Assembly: GCA_039934835.1 (NCBI GenBank)
Contig: JBDTLK010000001.1
Location: 455-64,454, forward strand
Length of the DNA: 64,000 bases
Direction of reading: 5' to 3'
Origin: Casimicrobiaceae bacterium
GTDB lineage: Bacteria; Pseudomonadota; Gammaproteobacteria; Burkholderiales; Casimicrobiaceae
Positions 39,900 through 51,675 of the stretch are shown here, in pieces (the first letter of the stretch is position 1; each line of letters begins with the position of its first letter). The notes under the pieces are model-generated. The model was not told the DNA's origin, searched no databases, and saw nothing but the letters and a program-made list of their open reading frames with translations. The translations under genes and the position numbers were made by a program.

Positions 39900-40541
39900 T
39901 TAAAGCGCTGCGACGGCAGACTGATATGCCCCGGATACCTCTTCGGGGCCCGAGGCGGTGATGCCGAGGTCGCGGACGATTCCGTCCTTCAGGCCGTAGA
40001 TCCAGCCGTGCACGGCAAGCGGCTGTCCGCGACTCCACGCGTCGCGCACCACCGTCGTCTGGCAGATATGGGCGACCTGTTCGATGACGTTGAGCTCGCA
40101 CAGCATGTCCACGCGTTGCGGCCCCTCCGAGATCGTGGCAACCTTGGCTTCGTGCTTGGCGTGGACGTCATGCACGTGGTGAAGCCAGTTGTCCGCCAGG
40201 CCCACCCGAAGATTCTGCAGCGCGGCAGCGACCCCGCTGCAGCCATAGTGGCCGCACACGATGATGTGCTCCACCTGCAGCACGTCCACCGCAAATTGCG
40301 TTACGGACAGGCAGTTGAGGTCGCTGTGCACGACGACGTTGGCGATATTGCGATGTACGAACAGTTCTCCGGGACGCAGGCCCACGATCTCGTTGGCGGG
40401 TACGCGGCTGTCCGAGCAACCGATCCATAGATAGCGGGGTTGCTGCTGCTGCGAAAGCTTGGTGAAAAATTCGGGATCGGCCTGGCGCACGCGCTCGGAC
40501 CATACGCGATTGTTTTCGAAGAGGCGGGAGAGTGAGGCCAT
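39900..40541 (-). CDS. can: Beta-class carbonic anhydrase
   Basis: Internal ATG at 40541 of ORF 39900..41360. ...YLWIGCSDSRVPANEI...VCGHYGCSGV... are the zinc ligands. 213 aa. Confidence 0.9.
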   Translation of the reverse strand: MASLSRLFENNRVWSERVRQADPEFFTKLSQQQQPRYLWIGCSDSRVPANEIVGLRPGELFVHRNIANVVVHSDLNCLSVTQFAVDVLQVEHIIVCGHYGCSGVAAALQNLRVGLADNWLHHVHDVHAKHEAKVATISEGPQRVDMLCELNVIEQVAHICQTTVVRDAWSRGQPLAVHGWIYGLKDGIVRDLGITASGPEEVSGAYQSAVAAL

Positions 40542-40571
40542 GGCGCGAATCTTAATGGAATCGGAGGTCCT

Positions 40572-41612
40572 GTGACGGGTCTGCGAACACTTCTTGGCAC
40601 CGAGCTGCCGATCATCCAGGCGCCGATGGCCGGTTACCAGGGCAGCGCGCTGACGGTGGCAGTGTGCAACGCGGGCGGGCTCGGCTCGCTGCCGTGCGCC
40701 ATGCTCGGCCCCGACAAGCTCCGCGATGAACTCGCGGCAATCAAGTCGCAGACGGCGAAGCCATTCAACGTCAATTTCTTCTGCCACGCGCCGCCCGCGC
40801 CGGACGCCGCACGCGAGGCGGCATGGCGGGCGGTGCTCGCGCCTTATTACGCCGAGCTTGGTGTGGACCCGAGCGTGGTGACCGTCGGGCCCAAGCGGGC
40901 GCCGTTCGATCACGACGTCGCGGACGTGTTCGACGCGATCCGGCCGGCGGTGGTCAGCTTTCATTTCGGATTGCCCTCTCCCGGGCTCGTCGCCCGCGCC
41001 CGCTCGTGGGGAGCGAAGATCTATTCCTCGGCGACCACCGTTGCCGAAGCGATCTGGTTGGAAGAGAGCGGCGTCGACGCCATCATCGCGCAGGGATCCG
41101 AGGCGGGTGGGCATCGCGGCATGTTCCTGACCGAAGACGTGACCACGCAAATGGGCACCTTCGCGCTGCTGCCGCAAATCGTCAACGCGGTCAAAACCCC
41201 CGTCATCGCCTCCGGCGGGATCGCGGACGCGCGAGGTGTCGCCGCAGCACTCGCGCTCGGTGCCGTTGCGGTGCAGATCGGAACGACGTACCTGCTGTGT
41301 CCCGAGGCGACCATCAGCGCGGTCCATCGTGCGGCGCTCAAGAGCGAGGCGGCGCGCCACACCGCTTTGACGAACGTGTTCTCCGGCCGCCCCGCGCGTG
41401 GCATCGTGAATCGCCTGATGCGCGAGCTGGGGCCGATGAGCGCGTCTGTGCCCACATTTCCCCTGGCGACGGTGGCGATCGCGCCGCTGCGAGCCAAAGC
41501 CGAAAGTCAGGGCAGCGGCGATTTCTCGCCGCTGTGGTCGGGGCAGAACGCGAGCGGGTGCAGGGAAGTGCCGGCGGCGGAATTGACGCGAATGCTGGCG
41601 GCCGAGGTGTAG
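40572..41612 (+). CDS. Nitronate monooxygenase family (NMO/2-nitropropane dioxygenase-like) FMN oxidoreductase
   Basis: 346 aa, GTG start. ...LPIIQAPMAGYQGSALTVAVCNAGGLGSLP... and ...IIAQGSEAGGHRG... are NMO motifs. Confidence 0.8.
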   Translation: MTGLRTLLGTELPIIQAPMAGYQGSALTVAVCNAGGLGSLPCAMLGPDKLRDELAAIKSQTAKPFNVNFFCHAPPAPDAAREAAWRAVLAPYYAELGVDPSVVTVGPKRAPFDHDVADVFDAIRPAVVSFHFGLPSPGLVARARSWGAKIYSSATTVAEAIWLEESGVDAIIAQGSEAGGHRGMFLTEDVTTQMGTFALLPQIVNAVKTPVIASGGIADARGVAAALALGAVAVQIGTTYLLCPEATISAVHRAALKSEAARHTALTNVFSGRPARGIVNRLMRELGPMSASVPTFPLATVAIAPLRAKAESQGSGDFSPLWSGQNASGCREVPAAELTRMLAAEV

Positions 41613-41654
41613 GCGGAAACGAGCCCCCGCGTTGCAGGGCGCACGCCCGGCAGA

Positions 41655-43106
41655 TCAGGTGCCGAGCCTCTGCTTCAGGATCGCGTTTACTTGGGCCGGA
41701 TTGGCTTTGCCCTTGGTCGCGGCCATGATCTTGCCGACCAGCGCGTTGAACGCTTTCTCCTTGCCGGCTTTGACTTCGGCGACGATCGCAGGATTGGCGT
41801 CGAGCACTTCGGCGACCAGCTTGTCGATCGCGCCAGCATCGGAAATCTGCCGCAGACTCTTGCGCTCGATGATCCTGTCGGCGCTGCCGCCGTCTTCGCC
41901 GGCCCACATCGCATCGAACACATCCTTGGCGATCTTGCCGGAGATGGTACCGTCCTGAATTCGCGCCACCAGCGCGCCCAGTTGCGCGCCAGTCACCGGC
42001 GCGGCCATCGCGTCGACGTCGTTCTTGTGCAGTGCCGCCGTGAATTCTCCGAGCAGCCAGTTGGCGGCAAGCTTGGCGTCCGCGCCCACGGCGACCGCCT
42101 GCTCGAAAGACGTCGCCAGCTTCGACGTTGCCGAGATGCTGAAAGCATCCGCAGGCGAGAGCTTGTACTGCTCGACGAACCGCTGACGCATGGCGCCGGG
42201 AAGCTCCGGCATCGACTTGCGAATCTCGGTGATCCACGCGGCGTCGATCAGCAGCGGCGGCAGATCCGGATCGGGGAAATAGCGGTAGTCCTGCGCGTCT
42301 TCCTTGCTGCGCATCGACCGCGTCTCGTGCTTGTCGGGATCGTAGAGTCGCGTTTCCTGCACGACGCGCCCTCCATCTTCGATGAGTTCGGTCTGGCGGC
42401 GAACCTCGAACTCGATCGCTTCGTGCATGAAGCGGAAGCTGTTCAGGTTCTTGATCTCGCAGCGCGTTCCGAGCGTCGATTCGCCCATGGGGCGCACCGA
42501 CACATTGGCGTCGCAGCGGAAGCTGCCCTCCTGCATGTTGCCATCGCAGATGCCGATCCAGCGCACCAGCGAGTGCAGCGCCTTTGCATACGCCACCGCT
42601 TCATCGGCGCTGCGCAGGTCAGGCTCGGACACGATTTCGAGCAGCGGCGTGCCGGCCCGATTGAGATCGATGCCGGTCATGCCATGAAAATCCTCGTGCA
42701 GGCTTTTGCCGGCATCTTCCTCGAGGTGCGCGCGCGTGAGCCTGATCGTGATCTCGCCACGCGTCGGCGACACGATCGCGATGCCGCCGCCCTGCACGAC
42801 CGGAATCTCGTACTGGCTGATCTGGTAGCCCTTGGGCAGGTCCGGGTAGAAGTAATTCTTGCGTGCGAACACGCTGCGCTGGTTGATCGTCGCGCCGACC
42901 GCGAGCCCGAGCCGGATCGCGCGCTCGACGGCGCCCTTGTTGAGCACGGGCAGCACGCCGGGAAGCGCGATGTCGACCGCGGATGCGTGGGTGTTGGGCG
43001 CTGCCCCGAACGCGGTCGACGCGCCGGAAAAAATCTTCGACACAGTCGACAGCTGGGCATGCGTTTCCAGCCCGATGACGACTTCCCACTGCGTGTCCCG
43101 CTTCAT
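41655..43106 (-). CDS. gatB: Asp-tRNA(Asn)/Glu-tRNA(Gln) amidotransferase subunit B
   Basis: 483 aa. ...[13 protein letters not shown]...[19 protein letters not shown]... Overlaps the gatA stop (ATGA). Confidence 0.93.
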   Translation of the reverse strand: MKRDTQWEVVIGLETHAQLSTVSKIFSGASTAFGAAPNTHASAVDIALPGVLPVLNKGAVERAIRLGLAVGATINQRSVFARKNYFYPDLPKGYQISQYEIPVVQGGGIAIVSPTRGEITIRLTRAHLEEDAGKSLHEDFHGMTGIDLNRAGTPLLEIVSEPDLRSADEAVAYAKALHSLVRWIGICDGNMQEGSFRCDANVSVRPMGESTLGTRCEIKNLNSFRFMHEAIEFEVRRQTELIEDGGRVVQETRLYDPDKHETRSMRSKEDAQDYRYFPDPDLPPLLIDAAWITEIRKSMPELPGAMRQRFVEQYKLSPADAFSISATSKLATSFEQAVAVGADAKLAANWLLGEFTAALHKNDVDAMAAPVTGAQLGALVARIQDGTISGKIAKDVFDAMWAGEDGGSADRIIERKSLRQISDAGAIDKLVAEVLDANPAIVAEVKAGKEKAFNALVGKIMAATKGKANPAQVNAILKQRLGT

Positions 43107-44563
43107 GGCCGGAACGCCTCCGGCACGCGCGCGTGCCAGTCGGTAACCTGTTGGTACTGATGCGCGACATTGAGGATGCGCGCCTCCTGGACATAGTTGC
43201 CTTGCAGCTGCATGCCAACTGGCAGCCCGCGATCGTCGAAGCCGCAGGGAATCGAAATGCCCGGCAGGCCGGTCAGGTTGCCGGCGATGGTGAAGATGTC
43301 GTTGAGGTACATCTTCACCGGGTCGTCGGTCTTGTCGCCGAGCTTGAAGGCGGTGGTAGGCGAAGTCGGGCCGATGATCACGTCACACCGCTGGTATGCG
43401 CGCTGGAAATCGTCGGCGATCAGGTGACGGACCTGCTGCGCCTTAAGATAATACGCGTCGTAGTAACCATGCGAGAGAACGTAGGCGCCGACCAGGATGC
43501 GGCGCTTGACCTCGGCGCCGAAGCCCTCCGCCCGCGATTTCTTGTACATGTCGAGAAGGTCGGTGTATTGCTCGGCACGGTGGCCGTAGCGAACGCCGTC
43601 GAAGCGCGACAGGTTCGACGACGCCTCGGCAGGGGAGATGACGTAATACACCGGGATCGAGAGATCGACGTTCGGCAGGCTCACCTCAAGGGTCGTCGCG
43701 CCCAGCTTGCGCAACTCGGCCAGCGCCGCGTGTACTGCACCGACCACGCCGGCCTCGGTGCCTTCGCCGAAATATTCCTTGGGCAGTCCGATGCGCAGGC
43801 CGGTGAGCGGACGCGCAAGGTCGCGAGTGTAGTCCTCCGCGGGCCGATCGAAGCTGGTCGAGTCGCGCGGGTCATGGCCGGCCATGGCGCCGAGCAGGAG
43901 CGCGCAGTCCTCGGCGGTCTGCGCGAAGACGCCTGGCGTGTCCAGGCTCGACGCGAACGCGATCAGGCCATAGCGCGAGCAGACGCCGTAGGTCGGCTTA
44001 ATTCCGCAAATGCCCGAGAGCGCCGCCGGCTGGCGGATCGAGCCTCCCGTATCGGTGCCGGTGGCTGCCGGAACCAGCCGCGCTGCGACCGCGGCTGCCG
44101 AGCCACCCGAGCTGCCGCCCGGGACGAATTCGGTATTCCAGGGGTTGCGCACCGGGCCGAAATACGACGTTTCATTCGACGAGCCCATCGCGAACTCGTC
44201 CATGTTGGTCTTGCCGACCTGCACCATGCCCGCCTTGGCGAGCTTGTCGACCACGAAGGCATCGTAGGGAGCGATGAAATCTTCGAGCATGCGCGACCCG
44301 CAGGTGGTCCGCAGGCCCGCGGTCATCAACACATCCTTATGCGCGATCGGGATGCCGGTCAGCGGACCCGCGCGTCCGGCCGCACGCGCGGCATCGGCGG
44401 CCTTGGCCTGCGCCAGTGCGCCGACGTGGTCGACGGTGAGGAAAGCGTTGAGGCGGGGGCCGAGCGCGTCGATCCGGTCGAGCAGAGCGCGGGTCAGCTC
44501 GACGCTCGACAGCGCCTTGGCCGCCATGGCCTGCGCAAGCTCGGCAATCGACGTGGTGTTCAC
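43103..44563 (-). CDS. gatA: Asp-tRNA(Asn)/Glu-tRNA(Gln) amidotransferase subunit A
   Basis: 486 aa. Amidase signature [13 protein letters not shown]... Overlaps the gatC stop. Confidence 0.93.
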   Translation of the reverse strand: MNTTSIAELAQAMAAKALSSVELTRALLDRIDALGPRLNAFLTVDHVGALAQAKAADAARAAGRAGPLTGIPIAHKDVLMTAGLRTTCGSRMLEDFIAPYDAFVVDKLAKAGMVQVGKTNMDEFAMGSSNETSYFGPVRNPWNTEFVPGGSSGGSAAAVAARLVPAATGTDTGGSIRQPAALSGICGIKPTYGVCSRYGLIAFASSLDTPGVFAQTAEDCALLLGAMAGHDPRDSTSFDRPAEDYTRDLARPLTGLRIGLPKEYFGEGTEAGVVGAVHAALAELRKLGATTLEVSLPNVDLSIPVYYVISPAEASSNLSRFDGVRYGHRAEQYTDLLDMYKKSRAEGFGAEVKRRILVGAYVLSHGYYDAYYLKAQQVRHLIADDFQRAYQRCDVIIGPTSPTTAFKLGDKTDDPVKMYLNDIFTIAGNLTGLPGISIPCGFDDRGLPVGMQLQGNYVQEARILNVAHQYQQVTDWHARVPEAFRP

Positions 44564-44847
44564 TCGATGACTTTGGGCACCAGGTAGAGCCCATCCTGCA
44601 CCGCCGGCGCTACGCTCTGGTAGAGCTCGTGGCGATCGGGTTCAGTGACGCGATCCTCGCGCAGCGGCAGTCTAAAGTCCTGCACGTGCGACATCGGGAC
44701 GATTCCCCGCGTGTCGATGGCGGCGATGCGATCGATCATCGCGAAGATACCCTCGAGCTTCTTGGCCACATCGGAGACTTCGGCCGGGGTGATCTCGATG
44801 CGCGCCAGGTGCGCGATGCGCTGTATGTCGTCGAGGGAAAGTGCCAT
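44560..44847 (-). CDS. gatC: Asp-tRNA(Asn)/Glu-tRNA(Gln) amidotransferase subunit C
   Basis: ATG at 44847 ([24 protein letters not shown]...). 95 aa. Confidence 0.88.
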   Translation of the reverse strand: MALSLDDIQRIAHLARIEITPAEVSDVAKKLEGIFAMIDRIAAIDTRGIVPMSHVQDFRLPLREDRVTEPDRHELYQSVAPAVQDGLYLVPKVIE

Positions 44848-44884
44848 TTTCCGGGGAAAACGATTCAGAAACAAAGCTGATTAG

Positions 44885-46000
<1,116 letters not shown>

Positions 46001-46051
46001 CGTGCCTGCCGGCGCCTTCGTCTGCTGATCCGCTCACGGCTCTAGCGCGCG

Positions 46052-46966
46052 ATGCGCCACATCTCGGTCGATCCGCCGCCATTCTTCCATCGCGGTCCGC
46101 CGCCGCTGACGCGCCTGGCATTCTTCGGGCTCGTATCGCTGGTGCTGCTGTTCACCGATACCCGTTACCGCTATCTCGAAAATGTCCGGCAGATTGTCGC
46201 CATCGCGCTCTATCCGGTGCAGCGCGCGGTGCAAATGCCCGGTGAAGCCATGGCCTACGTCGGCACCTACTTTTCCTCGCAGCGCGCGCTGGCCACCGAC
46301 AATGCACAGCTCAAGGCGCGCCTGCTCAACGACGCTACCGCAACCCAGGGCCATCCGCTGCTCGAACAGGAGAACAGCCGCCTGCGCGCGCTGCTCGCAA
46401 TGGCGGGGCGCTTTCCCGGAGCAACGATCGCGGCGGAAGTGCTCTATTCGGGGCGCGACCCCTTCACCCAGAAACTGTTCGTCGACAAGGGCGACGTCGC
46501 CGGCGTGCAGATCGGCCAGGCGGTGATCGACGAAATCGGTGTCGTCGGCCAGGTCACGCGCGTGTTTCCGTACATGGCCGAGGTGACGCTGGTCACCGAC
46601 AAGGATCATGCGGTGCCGGTGCGGGTCGAGCGCAGCGGCGTGCGCAGCGTGATGTACGGCGCCGGCACGGGACGCCTGCCCGAGTTGCGCTTCCTGTCAC
46701 CCAACGCCGAAATCCAGCCGGGCGATCGGCTGGTGACGTCGGGCATCGACGGCACGTATCCTCCGGGGCTGGCGGTGGCGCAGGTCGCGTCGGTCGAGCG
46801 CGAGACCGGCCTGATGTTCGCGCGGGTGAGCTGCAAGCCGCTGGCCGGGGTCGACGCGAGCGCGCAGGTGCTCATCCTCGGCAGCGGGGCCGCGGCGATG
46901 TCGCGTCCGGAAGAACCCGCCGAAGCCGACGCGCCGCGCAAGGGCCGTGTGCGGCGCAAGGGCTGA
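46052..46966 (+). CDS. mreC: Rod shape-determining protein MreC
   Basis: 304 aa. N-terminal ...PPPFFHRGPPPLTRLAFFGLVSLVLL..., a coiled-coil, and ...LVTSGIDGTYPPGLAVA... Confidence 0.88.
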   Translation: MRHISVDPPPFFHRGPPPLTRLAFFGLVSLVLLFTDTRYRYLENVRQIVAIALYPVQRAVQMPGEAMAYVGTYFSSQRALATDNAQLKARLLNDATATQGHPLLEQENSRLRALLAMAGRFPGATIAAEVLYSGRDPFTQKLFVDKGDVAGVQIGQAVIDEIGVVGQVTRVFPYMAEVTLVTDKDHAVPVRVERSGVRSVMYGAGTGRLPELRFLSPNAEIQPGDRLVTSGIDGTYPPGLAVAQVASVERETGLMFARVSCKPLAGVDASAQVLILGSGAAAMSRPEEPAEADAPRKGRVRRKG

Positions 46967-46982
46967 ATCCAGGACTCAACCC

Positions 46983-47513
46983 ATGCCGCAACGCCCGCTC
47001 AGCGCCGCGCGACCCGAGGAGATACTGCTCCCGGCCAAGTCGTGGTTCGTCCTGTTCACGCTGCTCGCGGGGCTCGCCGCGAACATGCTGCCGCTTTCGG
47101 GCGTGGCGCTGCTGCTGCGGCCGGATTGCCTGGCGCTGATCCTGCTGTTCTGGTGCATCCGCGAGCCACGCCTCATCGGCGTGGGCATCGCCTGGTCGCT
47201 GGGCCTGTTCATGGACGTCGCGGATGGCACTGTGTTCGGACAGCACGCGCTCGCCTACGCGGTGCTGGCGTACGCGGCCGAGTACTTTCGCCGCCGTGTG
47301 CTGCGCTTTTCGCTGTGGCAGCAGGCAGCGCAGGTCGCCGTGCTGTTGTTGCTGTGCGCCGGCCTGGTGGCGCTGGTGCGCATCGTCGGCGGCGCGCCGC
47401 TGCCGCGCTGGAGCTATGTGATCGGGTCGCTTACCGGCGCCTTGCTGTGGCCGCCGATCACGGTGCTCCTGCAGTGGCCGCAACGACCGACCCGTTCGAC
47501 GGCGGAAATCTAA
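46983..47513 (+). CDS. mreD: Rod shape-determining protein MreD
   Basis: ATG at 46983. A 176-aa polytopic membrane protein directly after mreC. Confidence 0.8.
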   Translation: MPQRPLSAARPEEILLPAKSWFVLFTLLAGLAANMLPLSGVALLLRPDCLALILLFWCIREPRLIGVGIAWSLGLFMDVADGTVFGQHALAYAVLAYAAEYFRRRVLRFSLWQQAAQVAVLLLLCAGLVALVRIVGGAPLPRWSYVIGSLTGALLWPPITVLLQWPQRPTRSTAEI

Positions 47514-47522
47514 CGCACCGCC

Positions 47523-49490
47523 ATGCGCCGAATGTTCTCTCACCGGGGTCGTCGTTCAGGAGCGCTCGACTCGCTCGAACTGAAGAACCCGGAACGGGAG
47601 ATGCACAATTTCCGCCGCCGCCTGATGATCGCGGGCGGCGTCATGATCATCGCCTTCACGGGCTTGTTCGGGCGCTTCATCTACCTGCAGATCATTCAGC
47701 ACGGTCACTACCAGACGCTCGCCGAGAGCAACCGCATCGCCATCGTGCCGATTGCGCCGAATCGCGGCGCCATCACCGACCGCAACGGCGTCGTGCTTGC
47801 GCAAAGTTTCTCCGCGTACACGCTCGAGGTCACACCCGCGCGCGTAAAAAACCTCGAGGCGATGATCGACGACTTGAGCAAGATCGTCGACGTGCAGCCA
47901 CGCGATCGCAAGCGCTTCAAGCGCCTGCTGGAGGAATCGAAAAATTTCGAAAGCCTGCCGTTGCGCACCCGCTTGTCGGACGAGGAAGTCGCGCGCTTCG
48001 CGGTCAATCGCTACCGGTTCCCGGGAGTCGAAATCAAGGCGCGCCTGTTCCGGCAATATCCCTTCGGCGAGACCGCGTCGCATCTGCTGGGCTACATCGG
48101 CAGGATCAACGAGCGCGACGTCCGGCGCATCGAGGAGTGGAGCGAGACCGCCAATTACAAGGGCACCGACTACATCGGCAAGGTCGGGGTCGAGCTCTCC
48201 TACGAGCGCGAGCTGCATGGCACGACCGGGGTCGAGGAAGTCGAGGTCGACGCCGGTGGACGCGCCGTACGCACCCTCTCGCGCAAGCCGCCGACCTCCG
48301 GCAACAATCTGCGACTGGCGCTGGACATCAAGCTGCAGCAGGTCGCCGAGCGAGCTTTCGGCGCTCACCGTGGCGCGCTGGTCGCGCTCGATCCTTCCAA
48401 CGGTGAAATACTGGCCTTGGTGTCCAAGCCGGGCTTCGATCCCAACCTGTTTGTCGATGGCATCGACCCGACCAGCTGGGATCAGCTCAACGATTCACCC
48501 GACAAGCCATTGCTCAACCGACCGTTGCGCGGCGCGTATCCGCCGGGGTCGACGATCAAGCCTTTTCTCGCGCTGGGCGCGCTCACTTCGGGCAAGCGCA
48601 ATCCGACACAGACAATTTTCGATCCCGGCTATTACCAGATTGCCGGCAGCACGCACCGCTTTCGCGACGACAAGCCAGGGGGTCACGGCTACGTCGACAT
48701 GTACAAGTCCATCGTCGCTTCGTGCGATACGTACTACTACATGCTCGCCGGCGAGACCGACATCGATGACACGCACGCGTTCATGTCGCAATTCGGCTTC
48801 GGCCGCGAGACTGGTATCGACATCGAGGGCGAATTGCCCGGGATTCTGCCTTCGCGCGAGTGGAAGCGCGAGCGCTTCGCCGGCAAGAACTACCGAGAGG
48901 AGCATCGCAAGTGGTACCTGGGCGATTCGATCTCGGCGGGGATCGGCCAGGGCTACAACGCGTTCACGCCGCTGCAGCAGGCGCAGGCGATCGCGGTGAT
49001 CGCCAACGACGGCGTGGCGTTGCGGCCGCACGTGGCCAAGAGCCTCGAGCGCATCGGCAGCGGTGACGTCCGGCCGATCGTGCCGGAGGTCATGCACAGG
49101 CTCGCGGTGGCGCCCGAGCATCTGGCAGTGATCAAGGCGGCGCTCGCCGGCGTGCCCAAGGAAGGCACGAGCGCGCAGGCTTTTGTCGGCGCCAAGTACA
49201 TCTCCGCCGGCAAGACCGGCACCGCGCAGGTGTATTCGCTCAAGGGCGACAAGTATGTCGCGGGACGCGTCGACGAGCGCCTGCGCGATCACGCGTGGTA
49301 CGTCGCATATGCGCCGGCGACCGCGCCGAAGATCGCGGTCGCGGTGCTCGTCGAAAACGGCGGCTTTGGCGCGCAGGCAGCGGCGCCGATCGCGCGCGAG
49401 GTGTTCGACTACTTCCTGCTCGGCGAGCAGCCGACGCTGCCGGCGGGGTCCGGCGCGACGCCTCGCGACACCGATGACGAGAGCGACTAG
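47523..49490 (+). CDS. mrdA: Penicillin-binding protein 2 (elongasome transpeptidase)
   Basis: 655 aa. N-terminal TM helix, ...RGAITDRNG..., and the active-site region ...YPPGSTIKPF... (STxK), SxN and KTGT motifs are present. Confidence 0.92.
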   Translation: MRRMFSHRGRRSGALDSLELKNPEREMHNFRRRLMIAGGVMIIAFTGLFGRFIYLQIIQHGHYQTLAESNRIAIVPIAPNRGAITDRNGVVLAQSFSAYTLEVTPARVKNLEAMIDDLSKIVDVQPRDRKRFKRLLEESKNFESLPLRTRLSDEEVARFAVNRYRFPGVEIKARLFRQYPFGETASHLLGYIGRINERDVRRIEEWSETANYKGTDYIGKVGVELSYERELHGTTGVEEVEVDAGGRAVRTLSRKPPTSGNNLRLALDIKLQQVAERAFGAHRGALVALDPSNGEILALVSKPGFDPNLFVDGIDPTSWDQLNDSPDKPLLNRPLRGAYPPGSTIKPFLALGALTSGKRNPTQTIFDPGYYQIAGSTHRFRDDKPGGHGYVDMYKSIVASCDTYYYMLAGETDIDDTHAFMSQFGFGRETGIDIEGELPGILPSREWKRERFAGKNYREEHRKWYLGDSISAGIGQGYNAFTPLQQAQAIAVIANDGVALRPHVAKSLERIGSGDVRPIVPEVMHRLAVAPEHLAVIKAALAGVPKEGTSAQAFVGAKYISAGKTGTAQVYSLKGDKYVAGRVDERLRDHAWYVAYAPATAPKIAVAVLVENGGFGAQAAAPIAREVFDYFLLGEQPTLPAGSGATPRDTDDESD

Positions 49491-49505
49491 CAGCGGTCGC
49501 GCGCA

Positions 49506-50618
49506 ATGATCAATCTCGTCGCCCTTGTCGGTCGGTTCTGGGAATTCCTGGCGCGGCGCGTCGACAGCTACCTGATGTCGGCGGCGCTGGCCATTGTCGG
49601 CATCGGGCTGGTGACGCTGTTTTCGGCGTCGGACCAGAGCGTGGCACGGGTGACCAGCCAGGCCGCGTCGCTTGGATTCGCGCTGGTGCTGATGTGGATC
49701 GTGGCCAATATTCCACCGCAGCAACTGGCGCGCGCGGCCGTGCCGCTGTATGTGTTCGGCGTGCTGCTGCTGTGCGCGGTGGCGCTGGGCGGCACCGTCG
49801 TCAACGGCTCGCGACGCTGGCTCAACCTCGGCGTGGGTCGCATTCAGCCTTCGGAACTGATGAAGATCGCGCTGCCGCTGATGCTGGCCTGGTATTTCCA
49901 GCGCCACGAGGCGCGCATCGGCCTGCGCGATTTTCTCGTGGCCGGCGTCCTCATCGCCATACCTGTGTGGCTGATCAAGCGCCAGCCGGATCTGGGCACC
50001 GCGCTGATGATCGGCGCGTCGGGATTCTACGTCCTGTTCCTCGCCGGCCTGTCGTGGAGAATCATCGTGGGCCTGGTGGCGGTCGTGGGTGCGGCGGCGC
50101 CGCTGGTGTGGCCGCACTTGCACGGCTATCAGCAGGAACGCATCCTCACCTTCATCGATCCCAGCCGCGACCCGCTGGGCGCCGGCTATCACAGCACGCA
50201 GGCGTCGATCGCGCTCGGTTCCGGCGGAGTCGTGGGCAAGGGTTGGCTCAACGGGACGCAGACGCACCTCGACTTCCTGCCGGAGCGCCACACCGACTTC
50301 ATCTTCGCGGTATTCGGCGAGGAATTCGGCCTGATCGGCAACGCGGTGCTGCTCGTGCTCTACCTGCTGCTGATCAGCCGCGCCGTCGTGATCACCATGA
50401 ATGCCTCGACGCTGTTCACGCGGCTGATCGCGGGCGCGATCACGCTCATGTTCTTCACCTATGCGTTCGTGAACATGGCGATGGTGAGCGGCTTGCTACC
50501 CATCGTCGGCGTACCGCTGCCGCTGATGTCTTTCGGTGGCACCGCGCTGGTGAGCCTGTTCATCGGCCTGGGCATCCTCATGAACGTGCAGGCCAATCGC
50601 AAGCTGATCAAGACCTAG
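49506..50618 (+). CDS. mrdB: Peptidoglycan glycosyltransferase RodA (SEDS family)
   Basis: 370 aa. ...RWLNLGVGRIQPSELMKIALPLMLAWY... and ...LPERHTDFIFAVFGEEFG... are SEDS motifs. Confidence 0.92.
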   Translation: MINLVALVGRFWEFLARRVDSYLMSAALAIVGIGLVTLFSASDQSVARVTSQAASLGFALVLMWIVANIPPQQLARAAVPLYVFGVLLLCAVALGGTVVNGSRRWLNLGVGRIQPSELMKIALPLMLAWYFQRHEARIGLRDFLVAGVLIAIPVWLIKRQPDLGTALMIGASGFYVLFLAGLSWRIIVGLVAVVGAAAPLVWPHLHGYQQERILTFIDPSRDPLGAGYHSTQASIALGSGGVVGKGWLNGTQTHLDFLPERHTDFIFAVFGEEFGLIGNAVLLVLYLLLISRAVVITMNASTLFTRLIAGAITLMFFTYAFVNMAMVSGLLPIVGVPLPLMSFGGTALVSLFIGLGILMNVQANRKLIKT

Positions 50619-50623
50619 CGCTG

Positions 50624-51547
50624 ATGGCCAGGGAAAGGAACGCGGCATCGAGCTTGCCGGCAGCGGTGCTGGTGGCGACGGCGCTCGCGCTGGCGGCGTG
50701 CACGTCGACCTCCAAGCGCGAGGGTTCAGCGCCCTCGGCGCCAGCATCAACGTCGCCGTCGGCCAAATCCGGCGGCTACTACAAGGACGACGGCCCCGGC
50801 GACAATCCGCCGGCAAACCTCGACGCGCTACCCGACGCAATGCCCCGGCTCGAGCCGCTGAGCCGGTTTTCCAATCGCCCCTATTCCGTGTTCGGCGTCG
50901 AGTATGTGCCGGCGACGACGCTGCGACCCTACAATGAGCGCGGCATCGCGTCGTGGTACGGGCGCAAGTTCCACAACCAGAAGACCTCCAACGGCGAGAC
51001 CTACGACATGTACGCCATGACCGCCGCGCATCCGACGCTGCCGCTGCCTTCGTACGCGCGCGTGACCAATGTCGCGACGGGCAAGAGCGTGGTGGTGCGC
51101 GTCAACGACCGCGGACCGTTTCATCCGGGACGCGTGATCGACCTGTCGTATGCGGCCGCGTATCGCATCGGTATCGCGCAGCAAGGTAGCGGCCAGGTCC
51201 AAGTCGAGAGCATCATTCCCGGCGACGCCCCGCCGCAGGTCGCGGTGGCGCCGCTGCCCTCGGTGGCATCGGCCGAGACGGCGCCCGCCGCGGCGATGCC
51301 GGTCGGGCAGCAGGGGGGCGAATATGCTGTGCAGTTGGGCGCGTTCGCCAACAATGCCAACGCGCAGGCTTTTGTCGAGCATGTGGCGAACCAAATCGCG
51401 CCGCTCGGCGTCCAAACCCGCGTGCGTCAGGACAGAGGTCTGTTCCGAGTCAGCGTGGGGCCGTACCCCACGCGTGACGAAGCCGCGCGCGTGGCAGCGC
51501 GACTGCGCGAGGCGCTGGGACTGGACAGCACCATCCGGGCGCAGTGA
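50624..51547 (+). CDS. rlpA: Septal ring lytic transglycosylase RlpA with a C-terminal SPOR domain
   Basis: ATG at 50624 inside ORF 49694..51547. Lipobox LALAAC, DPBB domain ...ASWYGRKFHNQKTSNGETYDMYAMTAAHPTLPLPSYARVTN...VVVRVNDRGPF..., and SPOR-like ...YAVQLGAFANNANAQAF... Confidence 0.9.
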   Translation: MARERNAASSLPAAVLVATALALAACTSTSKREGSAPSAPASTSPSAKSGGYYKDDGPGDNPPANLDALPDAMPRLEPLSRFSNRPYSVFGVEYVPATTLRPYNERGIASWYGRKFHNQKTSNGETYDMYAMTAAHPTLPLPSYARVTNVATGKSVVVRVNDRGPFHPGRVIDLSYAAAYRIGIAQQGSGQVQVESIIPGDAPPQVAVAPLPSVASAETAPAAAMPVGQQGGEYAVQLGAFANNANAQAFVEHVANQIAPLGVQTRVRQDRGLFRVSVGPYPTRDEAARVAARLREALGLDSTIRAQ

Positions 51548-51601
51548 TTGCGGGCGCGGCCATGGCGACAATGTTTAACCCGATATGCATGGAGCGTTCG
51601 T

Positions 51602-51607
51602 TATAAT
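51602..51607 (+). promoter_or_regulatory. Perfect TATAAT hexamer upstream of tolB (possible -10 box)
   Basis: gcgttcgtTATAATcagcg lies 69 nt upstream of the tolB ATG. No good -35 is seen at 16-18 nt spacing. Confidence 0.25.
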
Positions 51608-51675
51608 CAGCGAGCAGTCCGCGATCCGCCTTGTCGCCAGACGACGACGCCACTTACCTATCTGACGACCTACCG

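Noticed and set aside
48495-50291. 598-aa minus-strand ORF opposite mrdA/rodA
   Set aside because: It is antisense to two canonical genes and Arg/His/Ala-rich. Artefact.
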